DNA of 64,000 nucleotides from NCBI GenBank assembly GCA_024697845.1, contig JAILRZ010000049.1, positions 11,404 through 75,403 on the forward strand, read 5' to 3'. Positions 1-9,584 of this stretch are shown piece by piece (positions within the stretch are counted from its first letter, which is position 1; each line of letters opens with the position of its first letter). The position numbers were made by a program, and so were the translations under genes. The stretch comes from Eubacterium sp. (GTDB lineage: Bacteria; Bacillota; Clostridia; Lachnospirales; Lachnospiraceae). Under the pieces are notes generated by a model. That model ran no database searches, was not told the DNA's origin, and saw nothing but the letters and a program-made list of their open reading frames with translations.

Positions 1-552
1 GTCATTATCTTTTGCAATAGCATCCTGTCCACCATCTGCATATGTATATGCTGCCTTTTCATCTTCTCTGTCACCAAATTCACCACCGATACCAAAGTAA
101 ACTGAATTCGCATTACATTTTGCTGTAAAAGTTTCATTAAGTGTTACAGAAGTTCCCTTCTTTAAGCGAACCCATTTACCAAAAGCAATATCTTCTTTTG
201 TAGCAACCTTAATGAATACCCACTTATCACAGTTTGATGACTTCAGTGTTGCCTTAAAAGTATATTCTTTACCTTTTACTACGTTAACTGAACCAAAGCC
301 GTCTTTTGTATTCTGGTAAACCTGTCCTCCCCAGATACCGCCCCAGCCGATTTCTTTGATTTTAGCTGTCCAGCTGTCTGCTGACTGTGACTGTAATGTT
401 CCTTCAGCACCTTCAAACCAGATACCATGTCCTTTACCCTGTTCTCTACCAAAGTAACTTCCCCATGTATCCTTGGCCATACAATTTACTGTCATTCCTG
501 CAGTTAAAGCAAGTGCTGCAACTACTGCCATGACTTTTTTAAATTTTTTCAT
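1..552 (-). CDS. Secreted protein, possibly carbohydrate-binding; truncated by the window edge and absent from the ORF track
   Basis: Manual translation from ATG at 552 (RBS GAGGAGG): MKKFKKVMAVVAALALTAGMTVNCMAKDTWGSYFG...GWGGIWGGQVYQ..., open to base 1. Signal peptide followed by a Trp/Gly-rich beta-type domain. Confidence 0.75.
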   Translation of the reverse strand, partial: MKKFKKVMAVVAALALTAGMTVNCMAKDTWGSYFGREQGKGHGIWFEGAEGTLQSQSADSWTAKIKEIGWGGIWGGQVYQNTKDGFGSVNVVKGKEYTFKATLKSSNCDKWVFIKVATKEDIAFGKWVRLKKGTSVTLNETFTAKCNANSVYFGIGGEFGDREDEKAAYTYADGGQDAIAKDND

Positions 553-762
553 TGTTTTGTCCTCCTCTTGATATGCGAGAGTATCGCGTTTATAAACGAA
601 GTATAGCACGAACCCCTTCTCAATTCAATGGATAAAATCGGTTTTTTCTATCTTTCAGACATAATAAACAATTTTCTTTGTGCTTTCTTGTACATTTTAC
701 CTAATTTTATTGCTTTTTTCCATTCGATTTAATATAATGATTCCGCAAAGGAGGTTATCGTT

Positions 763-1488
763 ATGCGTACGATTATTGCATTTATTTTCTTATTATTATA
801 TTTTGTTATTTCCCTTCCTTTGATGCTGATTGCATTATTGGTCGGATTATTTTCCATGAAGGCCCGGGATGTGTTCATGCTACGGTTTGTTCAGTTCGGA
901 CTTCGTACCCTTCACCGGATTGCTGGTGCTAAAATCACTGTAAACGGACTCGAAAACATCCCAAAAGATGAAGCCGTTCTGTTTATGGGAAATCACATCA
1001 GTTATTTCGATGTAATTATCACCTATCCGCTGATGCGTCGTCCTACCGGTTTCATCGCAAAAAAAGAAATTAAGAAGATTCCTATTCTGGACTGGATTAT
1101 GTACTTTGTACGTTGTCTTTTCCTTGATCGCGAAGACCCTCGTGCCGGCTTGCAAATGGTTCTTACAGCCGCAGACTATATTAAGGATGGGATTTCCATT
1201 GTTATTTTCCCGGAAGGAACCCGTTCTAAAGACGGAAAGCTGGCAGACTTTAAAGAAGGCTCTTTTAAGATTGCCACAAAATCCAAATGTTCCATCGTTC
1301 CATTCGGTGTTGTAGGAACTCCGGAGTTGTTTGAAACACATTCCCCTTGGCTGAAACCTGCAAATGTTTCTATCACTTTTGGTAAACCGATTCCAACCAA
1401 AGATTTGGATCGCAGTCAACAAAGAGCTTTGTCATCTCTTGTCCGCGGGGAAGTTGCGAAGTTGTCCGGTCAGGAACTTGCGGATTAG
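763..1488 (+). CDS. plsC: 1-acyl-sn-glycerol-3-phosphate acyltransferase
   Basis: NHISYFD (HX4D) and FPEGTRS motifs; N-terminal membrane segment; GGAGG RBS. Confidence 0.92.
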   Translation: MRTIIAFIFLLLYFVISLPLMLIALLVGLFSMKARDVFMLRFVQFGLRTLHRIAGAKITVNGLENIPKDEAVLFMGNHISYFDVIITYPLMRRPTGFIAKKEIKKIPILDWIMYFVRCLFLDREDPRAGLQMVLTAADYIKDGISIVIFPEGTRSKDGKLADFKEGSFKIATKSKCSIVPFGVVGTPELFETHSPWLKPANVSITFGKPIPTKDLDRSQQRALSSLVRGEVAKLSGQELAD

Positions 1489-1576
1489 TTTCCGAGAAAG
1501 AACGGAAAAGGTTATTGTCAATTTGATTTATCAATGATAAAATATCACAAGATTTTATATATAGTGGAGGTACATT

Positions 1577-2035
1577 ATGATTAATACACCGATTGTTGCT
1601 ATGTCTACATTCGTCTGGGTAGTCACAATCATTCTTCTCGTATTACTGATCGCTATGGCGGTTTTGTATTTCTTCGGAAGAAAAGCAGAAAAAAAACAGA
1701 CGGAACAGCAGAAAGCATTAGAAGCGAATGCTCAAACCATCAGCTTATTCGTTATTGATAAAAAGAAAATGCGATTGAAAGATGCCGGACTTCCAAGTGT
1801 TGTTTTGGAACAGGCTCCAAAGCTTGCAAAAGCAGCTAAGATTCCTATTGTTAAGGTTAAGGCCGGTCCAAGAGTCATGAATCTCATTGCCGATGCCAAA
1901 GTATACGATGCTATTATGCCAAAGCAGGAAATCAAAGCGACCGTCAGCGGACTTTACATTACATCATTCAAGAGAATCCGCGGTCCGGTATATGAACCAC
2001 CTAAGAAAAAAGGATTGTTCGGAAAGAACAAATAA
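1577..2035 (+). CDS. Hypothetical single-pass membrane protein
   Basis: N-terminal TM helix, basic cytoplasmic domain, GGAGG RBS, downstream terminator. Confidence 0.75.
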   Translation: MINTPIVAMSTFVWVVTIILLVLLIAMAVLYFFGRKAEKKQTEQQKALEANAQTISLFVIDKKKMRLKDAGLPSVVLEQAPKLAKAAKIPIVKVKAGPRVMNLIADAKVYDAIMPKQEIKATVSGLYITSFKRIRGPVYEPPKKKGLFGKNK

Positions 2036-2040
2036 ACAAA

Positions 2041-2084
2041 AGCAGTTGCTCCTCGTGGTAATCCACAAAGCAACTGCTTTTTTT
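2041..2084. terminator. Bidirectional rho-independent terminator
   Basis: AGCAGTTGCT...AGCAACTGCT stem with flanking A and T runs between convergent genes. Confidence 0.8.
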
Positions 2085-2502
2085 ATTGTCCATGAATATC
2101 AATTACAATCCGACTGTCTGAAACCTTTGCATTATCTGCATACAGTTCATAATCAATCATCAGATTGATGTGTTCCGGAATTTCTTTTACCTGAATTTCT
2201 TTTGTCATCACTTCCAGTAAAATATCTCCGTAAGGCGTTCCGTAAAGGGACTGACTGTTTTTCCCTTTTTGGAAGATTAATTTTCCGTTAACCATTCCGT
2301 TTCGTAACACTTCCACCTTTTCGGAATTGAATTTAATCGTATTTTTCGTCGTCTGACCACTTTCTTCCTCAATATCATCATATAGGAGATAGTGTTTATC
2401 TTTTTTCAAATAATACTTTCCCCTGGCCATCAGTTCCACACTTTCATTTCCTTCCTGTGCTCCCTGAAGTCCGGAGATTGTCACCAACACTTCTTTTTCC
2501 AT
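2083..2502 (-). CDS. DUF1934 (YwiB-like) beta-barrel protein
   Basis: Likely start MEKEVLVTISGLQ at 2502, downstream of the murI stop; GKYYLKKDKHYLLYDD and LYGTPYG motifs. Confidence 0.8.
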   Translation of the reverse strand: MEKEVLVTISGLQGAQEGNESVELMARGKYYLKKDKHYLLYDDIEEESGQTTKNTIKFNSEKVEVLRNGMVNGKLIFQKGKNSQSLYGTPYGDILLEVMTKEIQVKEIPEHINLMIDYELYADNAKVSDSRIVIDIHGQ

Positions 2503-2518
2503 ATGTGTTCTCCCCACC

Positions 2519-3331
2519 TTAGTATTCTTCAATATTAATCTGTTCAATGGAATCTGCTTCAAAAGGCATAATCGAATTGGCAAATGCCTTAAATTTTTCT
2601 TCCGCATCACTGACATAAAAGCGATATGTACTTTCGTGATTTTTCTCTGCACAAATTCCCTGTTCCTGCAACAGTTTTCCAAGGCTCACTGCTGTTTCAT
2701 ATGCGGGATTCACCAGATTGACATCCGGTCCCATAATTTTTCCCACAGTGCTTCGAAGCAATGGGTAATGGGTACAACCAAGAATCAGGCTGTCTATATT
2801 TTCCTTCTTCAAATCCTTCAGATATCTGGAAGCAATTTCGTCGGTTACCGGATCATGCAACATTCCTTCTTCTACCAACGGGCAAAAAAGCGGGCATGCC
2901 TTTCCGATGACTTCTATTTCCGGATCAATCCCCTGAATAAACTTGGTGTATAATTCACTTTTTATGGTACCCTCTGTACCGATAATTCCAATTCGTTTGT
3001 TCTTTGTCGTTTCGATTGCCGTTTTCGCCCCCGGCTTCACTACGCCGATTACCGGAATATCCAATTCCTTTTCTACGGTATCCAGAGCAAATGCACTGGC
3101 CGTATTGCAGGCAATCACAATCGCTTTCACTTTTTTTGTTAATAAAAACCGGCAAATCTGTCTGGAGTACCGGATAATTGTATCTTTGGATTTGCTACCA
3201 TAAGGAACTCTGGCAGTATCTCCAAAATAAACCACGCTTTCCTGTGGTAATTGTCTGATAATTTCTCTTGCTACTGTTAATCCGCCAACACCGGAATCAA
3301 ACACTCCGATTGGCGCGTTAAAATTTTCCAT
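2519..3331 (-). CDS. murI: Glutamate racemase
   Basis: IGVFDSGVGGLTV, ACNTAS and LGCTHYP catalytic motifs. Confidence 0.97.
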   Translation of the reverse strand: MENFNAPIGVFDSGVGGLTVAREIIRQLPQESVVYFGDTARVPYGSKSKDTIIRYSRQICRFLLTKKVKAIVIACNTASAFALDTVEKELDIPVIGVVKPGAKTAIETTKNKRIGIIGTEGTIKSELYTKFIQGIDPEIEVIGKACPLFCPLVEEGMLHDPVTDEIASRYLKDLKKENIDSLILGCTHYPLLRSTVGKIMGPDVNLVNPAYETAVSLGKLLQEQGICAEKNHESTYRFYVSDAEEKFKAFANSIMPFEADSIEQINIEEY

Positions 3332-3452
3332 AATATTACACCTTTGCTTTATCGTACCAATATTTTATCACGTACCGAAAATAATTCAACTCTTTTGAAT
3401 AAGACTTCCTTTTTCCGGCAATACTTCATTCATATATTGAAAGGAGATTGCA

Positions 3453-3635
3453 ATGAAAAAATATCAATACCTTCTAATCGTTTTTGTATTCTGGTGGAGT
3501 CTGTTCTGCCCCGCCCTAGGTTATCCACAGGAAGTTGTTTCATCCGACGAAACAACTTTGTCTCAACCGGAAAACTCTGCAACAATTTCTTTGCGTTTCA
3601 AATATTTATCTTTTTTAAACGACTACTTCCAGTAA
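3453..3635 (+). CDS. Small secreted or membrane peptide (60 aa)
   Basis: Strong RBS GAAAGGAG before ATG; hydrophobic N-terminus; fills the murI-ispE gap and overlaps the ispE end by 13 nt. Confidence 0.6.
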   Translation: MKKYQYLLIVFVFWWSLFCPALGYPQEVVSSDETTLSQPENSATISLRFKYLSFLNDYFQ

Positions 3636-4504
3636 GATTCCCGATCCACAAATTCCGTCAGATAAAGCTGTTCCGTCAGGTTGGCGCTTTCCAGACGCTC
3701 ATAGGCCTGTCGGGCTTTTTCCTCGCTGTCAAACAAAGCAAATACTGTCGGACCGCTTCCGCTCATAATTGCCCCTAGCGCTCCCTCTGCCAATAAGAAC
3801 TGTTTCACTTCTTCAATAATCGGATATTCCGGAATGGTAACAGTTTCCATGACATTAAATAGCAGCGACGCCAACTGTTTCAAGCTCTTCTGTTCCAACG
3901 CTTCCATAATGCCTTTCGTATCCGGATGTTTTCCCAACTGCTCCGGACGAATTCTACCATACACAAAAGCTGTAGATACAGATATGGGTGGCTTCGCTAT
4001 AATCACAGATGCTTTTGGCGGATTTGGCAATGGAGTCAGTTTTTCTCCAATCCCTTCTGCCAGAGCGGTTCCCCCAAGGATACAGTAAGGAACATCTGCT
4101 CCCAACTTCACTCCACGTTCCATTAATTCTTCCTGCGACAGCCCCAACGAAAACAGTTCGTTTATTCCTTTCAGCGTTGCTGCACAGTCTGCGCTTCCTC
4201 CTGCCATTCCTCCTGCAATGGGAATTCTTTTATAAAGTGTAATCTGAACTCCTTGATGAATCTCGAATTCATCCTGTAGCAATTTTGCAGCCATATATGC
4301 CAGATTCCCTTTTTCATTTTCCAACACCAATGAATCCGTCTTTACCACAATTTTATTTTCTTCTATCTTTTCTATAAATACGTCATCATAAACACCGACA
4401 GATTGCATAATCATTTCTAAATCATGATATCCGTCCGATCGTTTTCTCAAAACATCCAATCCCAGATTTATTTTCCCATATGCTTTTAGCTGAATTTTAT
4501 CCAT
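3623..4504 (-). CDS. ispE: 4-diphosphocytidyl-2-C-methyl-D-erythritol kinase
   Basis: AYGKINLGLDV, KRIPIAGGMAGGSAD and MSGSGPTVF GHMP motifs; start moved to ATG 4504 behind GGAG. Confidence 0.97.
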   Translation of the reverse strand: MDKIQLKAYGKINLGLDVLRKRSDGYHDLEMIMQSVGVYDDVFIEKIEENKIVVKTDSLVLENEKGNLAYMAAKLLQDEFEIHQGVQITLYKRIPIAGGMAGGSADCAATLKGINELFSLGLSQEELMERGVKLGADVPYCILGGTALAEGIGEKLTPLPNPPKASVIIAKPPISVSTAFVYGRIRPEQLGKHPDTKGIMEALEQKSLKQLASLLFNVMETVTIPEYPIIEEVKQFLLAEGALGAIMSGSGPTVFALFDSEEKARQAYERLESANLTEQLYLTEFVDRESYWK

Positions 4505-4542
4505 TTGTTTCTCCAATCTTTTTTCAGTACACTCATTATACT

Positions 4543-6093
4543 CTATTGACAGGATTTTACAATGAGCAGTTTGTCTCCTTCCTTGAGTTTTTCTCCCGCT
4601 AAATTATTTTGCCGGACAATTTCTTCCACGGTTGTATGATTTATTTTCGCCAGATGCCAAAGTGTATCTCCCTTATCCACAACATATCCTTTGATCAGCG
4701 GTATTTTTGAAAGTTCTTCCGGTTGAAATTCTTCTTCGCGAACACCTTTCAGAAACACCCCTTTTTCCTCCCGGAACACAAATACTTCCATTGCAATTAC
4801 CACTTTCATTTCGACTTCATTGCCGGAAATCATATTGGCTGTAATCTGTTCTGTTCTCCAATCAATATAATATTTATCCTGCCCTCGGACATTTTCCGCA
4901 TCCACAATATGTTCAAAAGGAATCTCCTTTTTGCGACAACAGATTGGATTATGATCATCGGTGGATACATAAATGATTTTCGCCAAAATTTTTCCGAGGA
5001 TTTTTATGCTGTTATCGCCTACAATCACATTTTCAATCCGAAGTTCAGCACTGCCATGACACAATTGCAAAATTCTTTCTCCTGTGTTTTCCACCTCAAC
5101 TTTAATGGTTTCTTTTGTCCTCGCCTGATTCTTTACCAACAGTTTATAATATTTCCCTTCTTCAAACTCCGGAATCATTTTTCTTTTTGGAGAGTAAATA
5201 TCTTCAATCACCGATGTTTCTTTTTCTTCAAAAAGTTTTATGTTCATCTGGAGCAGAGCGGCAATGGCAATTTCCTTAAGTTCATTGTCCTGATTCATCT
5301 GAACTGCAAGATTCACCGTATGTAATTTCACGGTAGCATAACTGACCATTCCCTCCGTTGCTTCTTCCGATTCAATAATCTGTGTAAAGGGGATTGTAGT
5401 TTCCAGCCATTGCTCCGGACTGTTCTCCACATCCGTTCTATACATTAGGAACACACTCAATTCTCCGGACACTTCCACCTGTCGGTCCATTACCTTTGTA
5501 GACACGGATTGCAATTCCACTTCCTTCCACACAATTTTTTCAATTGCAGGTTTCCCCTGAGGCAGTCGAATGATTTCATGAACCTGTACCATTTCATTTT
5601 TATCCGCCTTGATTGCCAACATTTCGATTTCTTTTTCCAAAATTTGGGCATCTTCTCCCTGGGGCAACCGAATGCATTCCAAATCTTCAATCTGTTCCAC
5701 AGTCACATAAGCCATAACCCCCACTTTATATAAATATCTTCTGGAATCAATCTGTTTCACGGATGTCGATATCATTTCAAGGCGTACACTCCCTTCCCCT
5801 TCTTCCACATCCGGCAGTTTTACAATTTCCTGGAAGTTCTTCTCGCCCTCCAATCCATAAACGCGATCAGATTCTTCCGAATAATACATCATTTCATATG
5901 ACATGCTTCCATCAATTACCACTTGATGATTTCGTACGGAAACATTATCAGATACAACCCGCTCCTTATGGGCTATAATTTTTTCAATAGCCGGATATGC
6001 CTCATTGACAATCCCTTCCTGGGTTACATAAAATGTAGTTACCAGATTTTTTCGCACGACATTCATATGAATGTTATTTTTCAAAAATTCCAT
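4543..6093 (-). CDS. sipL: SPOCS (DUF3794) repeat plus C-terminal LysM spore coat morphogenetic protein (SipL-like)
   Basis: Three repeated beta domains; LysM YVVDKGDTLWHLAK; adjacent to ispE as in Clostridia; start 6093 after GGGAGGGAG. Confidence 0.85.
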   Translation of the reverse strand: MEFLKNNIHMNVVRKNLVTTFYVTQEGIVNEAYPAIEKIIAHKERVVSDNVSVRNHQVVIDGSMSYEMMYYSEESDRVYGLEGEKNFQEIVKLPDVEEGEGSVRLEMISTSVKQIDSRRYLYKVGVMAYVTVEQIEDLECIRLPQGEDAQILEKEIEMLAIKADKNEMVQVHEIIRLPQGKPAIEKIVWKEVELQSVSTKVMDRQVEVSGELSVFLMYRTDVENSPEQWLETTIPFTQIIESEEATEGMVSYATVKLHTVNLAVQMNQDNELKEIAIAALLQMNIKLFEEKETSVIEDIYSPKRKMIPEFEEGKYYKLLVKNQARTKETIKVEVENTGERILQLCHGSAELRIENVIVGDNSIKILGKILAKIIYVSTDDHNPICCRKKEIPFEHIVDAENVRGQDKYYIDWRTEQITANMISGNEVEMKVVIAMEVFVFREEKGVFLKGVREEEFQPEELSKIPLIKGYVVDKGDTLWHLAKINHTTVEEIVRQNNLAGEKLKEGDKLLIVKSCQ

Positions 6094-6139
6094 ACACACT
6101 CCCTCCCTATACTGCATCTTATGCAGATCACCCCGGTAA

Positions 6140-6544
6140 TTATTCACTAAAAATTACGTTTTTGTCTGTATACTCGATTTTAATGACAATATACGGATAG
6201 CTTTCGTGGCTTTGCTCCTCGTATTGTCTCGGCCCTACAAATTCTGTTTTCACATATACCGCATTTTTGCTTTCATACAATTCCTTTACCTTAATGGAGT
6301 AACCACCGGTATTCTGTTTCCCATAGCCAATCAGCAAATAGGTAAATTGTTCATCCGAAAATGTCAGTTTAAAAGGTGCTGTTTTCTTTTCAGCAATAAT
6401 CTGTTTCACCGGTTCTGTCATTTCCAATTCCGAAACAACCGTAAAATCAATATTCTTCTTTTTCGACCCGTCTATTTTTTCCAACTGGCATCCTGTTAAA
6501 AGACATACCAAAACAACCATTGCAATCATTTTACATTGTTTCAT
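6140..6544 (-). CDS. PrcB C-terminal domain lipoprotein
   Basis: Lipobox LLTGC; GKQNTGGYSIKV and YPYIVIKIE motifs. Confidence 0.8.
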   Translation of the reverse strand: MKQCKMIAMVVLVCLLTGCQLEKIDGSKKKNIDFTVVSELEMTEPVKQIIAEKKTAPFKLTFSDEQFTYLLIGYGKQNTGGYSIKVKELYESKNAVYVKTEFVGPRQYEEQSHESYPYIVIKIEYTDKNVIFSE

Positions 6545-6609
6545 AAAAAAAGCACCGCAATATATTTCTTAATAAAATATATTACAGTGCTTCTATTCAT
6601 TATGCTTTT

Positions 6610-8343
6610 TTATTTTAACATTTCATTTACAAAGTCAATCATATAGTTTCCAAGTTTTGCACGCTTTTCCTTTGCGTCATCAAAACCGGAACCTTTTACT
6701 CCGTAATAGAACTTTAATTTTGGTTCTGTTCCGGATGGTCTGACACAAACCCATGCTCCATCTTCCAAATCATAGTACAATACGTTAGAAGTTGGTAATC
6801 CTGTTTCTGTCACTTCACCTGTCACCATATCCTTAATGGTATCCGCCTTGTAATCTCTTGCACGAAGAACTTTATATCCTGCAATTTCTGTTGGTACATC
6901 CTGACGGAGTTTTTCCAATGTTGCAGCAATCTTTTCAATTCCTTCTTTTCCCTTTAATTCAATTGACTGAATACCATCCTGCCAGTATCCATAGCGTTCA
7001 TACATTTCAACCATCTTGTCCCAAAGAGACATTCCTTTGGTCTTGTAGTAAGCTGCTGCTTCACAAAGTGCCATTGTTGCAACAATCGCATCCTTATCTC
7101 TGGCATGTGTTCCAATCAGACATCCATAACTTTCTTCAAATCCAAAGCAATAATGTCCTTTTCCTGTCTGCTCCATATTTAAAATATGCTGACCGATATA
7201 TTTGAATCCTGTAAGACATTCAATCAACTCAATGTTGTAATATTTTGCGATATCATCCGCAAGATTTGTAGTAACAATTGTTTTAATCAAAGCACCATCT
7301 GCCGGAAGTGTTCCCTGCTCTTTCATTTGGCTTAATTCATATTCAGCCAAAAGAGAGCCTGACATATTTCCGGTAAGGATATGATATTTTCCCGGTTCAT
7401 TTCCCTTTACATACACACCTAAACGGTCTGCATCAGGGTCTGTTGCCAACAGCAAATCTGCTCCAACTTCATCCCCTAACTTCTTAGCAAGTTCAAAAGC
7501 CTTCTCTGACTCCGGATTTGGATATCCTACTGTAGGGAAATCTCCGTCCGGTAATTCCTGTTCTTTTACAACATATACATTTTCAAATCCTAATTCCTTC
7601 AGAATCCGACGTGCAGGAATATTTCCAGTACCATGCAACGGAGAATATACAATCTTGATATCCTTCTGTACCGCATCAATCGCTGCCTGGTTTTTCACCT
7701 GCTTCTTTAATGCTTCAATATATAAGTCATCTACATCTTTTCCAATCGTAATGTAAAGCCCCTTTTCAATTGCTGCTTCTTTATCCATTGTCTTTGCAGA
7801 AGTAATGTCCAAACTCTTAACCGCTGCCATGATATTTTCATCATGAGGAGGTGTAATCTGTGCACCATCTTCCCAATAAACCTTATAACCATTATATTCT
7901 GCAGGATTATGGCTGGCTGTAATGTTAATTCCTGCAATACATCCCAACTGACGAACTGCAAATGAAAGTTCCGGTGTTGGACGAAGTGATTCAAAAACAT
8001 AGGCCTTAATTCCATTGGCGTTGAGGCACAATGCTGCTGCATCTGCAAACTCCGGTGACATTCTTCTGGAATCAAATGCAATTGCCACACCCTGATCCTG
8101 TTTCTTTGTTTCAAGAATATAGTTTGCCAATCCCTGTGTTGCCTTACCAACGGTGTAGAAATTCATTCTGTTGGTTCCTGCACCAATAACACCACGAAGT
8201 CCTGCTGTTCCAAACTCTAACTCTTTATAAAATCGATCTTCAATTTCTTTTTCGTTCCCCTGTAAAGCCTTTAACTCAGCTTTTGTTTCATCATCAAAAT
8301 ATGGATTCTCAATCCATTCCTGATATGTATCCTGATAACTCAT
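6610..8343 (-). CDS. pgm: Phosphoglucomutase / phospho-sugar mutase
   Basis: FGTAGLRG, TASHNP (phosphoserine), DPDADR, GFEESYG and RPSGTEPK motifs. Confidence 0.95.
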   Translation of the reverse strand: MSYQDTYQEWIENPYFDDETKAELKALQGNEKEIEDRFYKELEFGTAGLRGVIGAGTNRMNFYTVGKATQGLANYILETKKQDQGVAIAFDSRRMSPEFADAAALCLNANGIKAYVFESLRPTPELSFAVRQLGCIAGINITASHNPAEYNGYKVYWEDGAQITPPHDENIMAAVKSLDITSAKTMDKEAAIEKGLYITIGKDVDDLYIEALKKQVKNQAAIDAVQKDIKIVYSPLHGTGNIPARRILKELGFENVYVVKEQELPDGDFPTVGYPNPESEKAFELAKKLGDEVGADLLLATDPDADRLGVYVKGNEPGKYHILTGNMSGSLLAEYELSQMKEQGTLPADGALIKTIVTTNLADDIAKYYNIELIECLTGFKYIGQHILNMEQTGKGHYCFGFEESYGCLIGTHARDKDAIVATMALCEAAAYYKTKGMSLWDKMVEMYERYGYWQDGIQSIELKGKEGIEKIAATLEKLRQDVPTEIAGYKVLRARDYKADTIKDMVTGEVTETGLPTSNVLYYDLEDGAWVCVRPSGTEPKLKFYYGVKGSGFDDAKEKRAKLGNYMIDFVNEMLK

Positions 8344-8505
8344 AACTTTCCTCCCATCGTCAATTATGATTGAATTACCAACTAGTCATTTTTGCCCATT
8401 TGGCAATATTATAATACAAAGTTTTCTGAAAGGGAACCCAAAAAAACGTTTTTATTCCGATTTTTGCACATTTTTTAATCATTGTTTCCTTTTAAAAAAA
8501 CGTTT

Positions 8506-9489
8506 TTACAAAGAATTGATAAAATTCCATCTTTTTTCTTCCTGATTTTGGAAGGCACGTAACTTTTCCTCATTTTTTTCCGAGTACCATGACTTATTGG
8601 AATTGTAATAATAATTCACAATTTTCCAAAATTTTTCCGGGTAAGAAAGCATTGCCTTCATAATTTCCTTTTCCCGCGAGTTATACTCTCCAATTTCTTC
8701 ATAGCAATGCAAGAGCTGATGTCCCAATTCCCTGTTCCAGTCATTTTTCTCCAATACTTTCCGGAGAAAGTCATACAAATCATGAATTGCCGGTCCGTAT
8801 CCCACCCGAGTCATCTGTACCAAGATTACCTTTCCCTGATAAAACGCTGCCGTATGATGATTAAAGTTTCCATGGCACACTTGTTTCCGTTCACAAGCCT
8901 CCCGGTATACCGTTTCATACGCCGATTTTTTTAACGCTTCAATACTCTGGCTTGCCTGCAAATAATTCGGTTGGATAATTTTCTGAAGATACTGTTCAAA
9001 AAAATTCTTGTTTTTTCTCTTGTTAATATAGTTCCGAATATTGATTAACTCCCTGTTATGCTTCTGAAATGACTCCAACCTGTTTTTCTCCCGGTAGATG
9101 CGGACATCATCTCCCAAAACATTTTTCATTGACCTACAGGCATTGTGAAATTTTCCAAGCAATTTAACCATTTCCAATAACTGTTGCGGATTTTTCATAT
9201 TGCATTCTTCTACATCAAAAAACTTCTTTAATATGTAGCCAAAACCATCTTCCCCTACGCTAACAAATCGCCCGTCCTCATTTCTTACCAGTTTCTCCGT
9301 AAGAATTCCACAGCCTTCCAGATATTCCTGAACACGATACAAAGTTTCCATTTTTTCTTCACTATAATCATATTCTTGTAACAACCACTTGTCATTTTCT
9401 GTCATGCACCCGTAGTTTCCACGTAATTTAAAAATCTTCTTTGCTTCCATTGGATACTGTTCAAAAACTGTCATTGCTTTTTCATTCAT
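8506..9489 (-). CDS. CotS-family spore coat protein (kinase-like fold)
   Basis: CHGNFNHH and DLYDFLRKVLEKNDW, MLSYPEKFWKIVNYYYN C-terminal motifs; sigma-E-like promoter upstream. Confidence 0.85.
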   Translation of the reverse strand: MNEKAMTVFEQYPMEAKKIFKLRGNYGCMTENDKWLLQEYDYSEEKMETLYRVQEYLEGCGILTEKLVRNEDGRFVSVGEDGFGYILKKFFDVEECNMKNPQQLLEMVKLLGKFHNACRSMKNVLGDDVRIYREKNRLESFQKHNRELINIRNYINKRKNKNFFEQYLQKIIQPNYLQASQSIEALKKSAYETVYREACERKQVCHGNFNHHTAAFYQGKVILVQMTRVGYGPAIHDLYDFLRKVLEKNDWNRELGHQLLHCYEEIGEYNSREKEIMKAMLSYPEKFWKIVNYYYNSNKSWYSEKNEEKLRAFQNQEEKRWNFINSL

Positions 9490-9523
9490 ACTTTCCCTCA
9501 CTTTGCATCTGTTTTTCTATTCT

Positions 9524-9552
9524 AGACTATGAACGCGAGGATTCCTTTATGA
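9524..9552 (-). promoter_or_regulatory. Sigma-E-type sporulation promoter of the CotS-family gene
   Basis: Minus strand TCATAAA-N14-CATAGTCT matches the sigma-E consensus and spacing. Confidence 0.65.
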
Positions 9553-9584
9553 CAAAAGAAAAAAGAGTTCCGTAGAACCCTTTT

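Noticed and set aside
3521-3529. DnaA box TTATCCACA (another at 63822-63830)
   Set aside because: Isolated single matches inside ORFs; no cluster.
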